The notes below the pieces were generated by a model, which was not told the DNA's origin, did not search any database, and worked only from the letters and a program-made list of their open reading frames with translations. A stretch of 63,898 nucleotides of DNA, the filler included, from Reclinomonas americana ATCC 50394 (Eukaryota): assembly GCA_048213135.1 (NCBI GenBank). It is 5 parts of 3 records of this genome, joined end to end, with 100 filler letters (N's around TTAATTAATTAA, not from the genome) between each part and the next. Parts side by side here need not be neighbours in the genome. Positions count along the whole stretch, not along the records: positions 62,306 to 63,898 come from PS015360.1; 4 more parts are not named here. One strand, given 5' to 3'. The position numbers and the translations under genes were made by a program. Of this stretch, positions 62,306 through 63,898 are shown in pieces (positions within the stretch are counted from its first letter, which is position 1; each line of letters starts with the position of its first letter).

Positions 62306-63860
62306 TTTCTTGTCGTAGTCGTGCGACGCACCAAAGTCCAACAGCAACAGCTGTACAGCCGCGAGACGTGAATCAACAGTCGATACAGAAGCGTGTCGGT
62401 ATTAACGGCCACAGCACACACACCTTGGTCGTGGAGGGGTCGTAGAAGAAGTTTGACCAGTTTGGATCGGTCTGCATGAAGCGCCACTCAAACAACTCAC
62501 GCAGACACAGCTTGAGGAGGCGACGAGCCACCTGCATCATCGAGGTGATGTTAGCGAGGGAGGGAGAGAGAGAGGATTGTGTGTGCGTGTGTACCAAGTG
62601 GCGATCGGGGCACGTACCACGTTTCGTGTGTTTTGGTCCAGCGAGGCCACCTGATCGACAGAGAGGCCCTTGACAAATTCCGTCGTCAGCACTCGCTTCG
62701 TGCTCAGCTCGCCAATGACCTGTTCCCGACAGTGAGCAATAGTACTGTGACCACCCAGCCAGTGCAACGTACATCGGGGACAATAAAGTCGGGATCGTCG
62801 GCCACCAATCGCTTGAAGCGGAGCTGGTGGGCAGCTTCGCGCTCGTAGTCACACTCCAGCGACAACTCGCGCTTCGCCGCATCCATCGCCTCGTCCACGT
62901 ACAAACCGCGCGGAAGAACTGAAATCATGGAGAGTACACGGCGCAGGTTGTTCAAGTCGCTGTCGATGCTCTCCGCCACTCCCGGATACTGAATCTTCAT
63001 GGCCACCACTCGACCATCGTGCAGCACGGCGCGGTGCACTTGGCCGATCGACGCCGCTGCAATGGGTCGCTCGTCGAACGACTTCAATCGCGATCGCCAG
63101 TTCGCGCCCAGCTCCTGCACCAGCACGCCCTCCAGCTGCTTCCTCGGCATCACATCGGCACTGTCGCGTACTCGCTGCAGGACTTGCGAGACCTGCGGCG
63201 GAATGATACTCTCATCTTGAATGGACAGCATTTGACCGAGTTTCAGCGCGGCGCCACGCATGCGACACAACACCAAGGCCAGCCTCTCCGCATTGGCCTC
63301 GGTGAGGAACGCATTATAGGTGGGAGTACTGGCACTTGCTGCGGGTTTCGGAGCTGCAGTCGCGGACGGCCTGCGCCACACGGAAACTCGTCAGCAATGC
63401 ACGAGCTGTCGACCACAGTACACGGAGGACGTCGTAACTTTCTGCTGCTGGGGGAGTCACTGGGCGAGGGCGTGGGTGTTGGTGGTGGTGAAGGAGGCAA
63501 CGGCGGCGGCGAGGACGTCGTAGGAGACGACGCTGCTGCTGCAGCAGTTGCCATGACCAGCGTCGGCGCCGGCACCTCTCCTGTGGCCACCGAGGTCTCC
63601 AAGCCGGCGGCGACTGGAGCCTCGCTGATGGCCTCCTGTGAGCCGCGGAACAGATTCTGCCACTTCTGCTTCACCATATCCTTCACCACGCCAAAGCCAA
63701 GCGACACGCCCAGCGCTACTCGCCACGTCAATCAGCACAATGCACAAAGAAAGGAGAAGCAGCAGCAGCACCACGCACCACCGAATCGCGCCGCTCGCCC
63801 AATCGGCGTGCTCGGCACCGCCACTTCCCGCGGTTCCTGCGACCAGAACAGAGCACATCA
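62306..63860 (-). CDS. COQ8: Eukaryotic COQ8/ABC1 (ADCK3/4-like) atypical kinase, spliced and partial; contaminant
   Basis: [52 protein letters not shown] introns at 62772-62720, 62617-62532 and 62423-62351 restore the frame; 5' boundary approximate. Confidence 0.9.
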
Positions 63861-63898
63861 GCCGGAGAGAGTGTGGTGGAGAGACAACGCAAAGACGC

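Overview
A draft-assembly window from a high-GC alphaproteobacterium (Hyphomicrobiales-like), made of five scaffolds joined by artificial N44-TTAATTAATTAA-N44 linkers. The main discovery is a Tn7-like transposon with both ends visible. The left end starts TGTAGCGTCTCAATAAAG at 3048 and the right end finishes ...CTGAGATACGACA at 61648. The ends share a repeated TCT(C/G)A-N6/8-GA(A/G)TC motif and are flanked by an exact 5-bp target duplication, ACTCC (3043-3047 and 61649-61653). The right-hand copy lies 5 bp past the gyrB stop codon, so gyrB is a candidate attachment site. The element encodes tnsA-tnsB-tnsC and a single ~985-aa TniQ whose C-terminus carries two tandem IS630-like HTH modules. No cas genes, CRISPR array or tnsE are visible. 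Downstream of tniQ is a protease-rich, defence-like cluster: papain-like protease plus chagasin inhibitor, HTH, IetAS-like AAA-ATPase/subtilase and an FRG protein. Upstream of tnsA are a soluble FtsH-like protease module, an orphan Xre/MbcA antitoxin, copper-handling genes and a small-protein/nucleotidyltransferase pair. The middle scaffolds hold ABC transporters, hydrolases, oxidoreductases and many gene relics; whether they lie inside the transposon cannot be proven across the linkers. Outside the left end are spoVR, tRNA-Gly(CCC), a small lipoprotein and a dcd relic. The last 1.6 kb is an intron-containing eukaryotic COQ8/ABC1 kinase gene (contaminant). Untrimmed 454 and SOLiD/Ion mate-pair adaptors are present, so many frameshifts may be sequencing errors.
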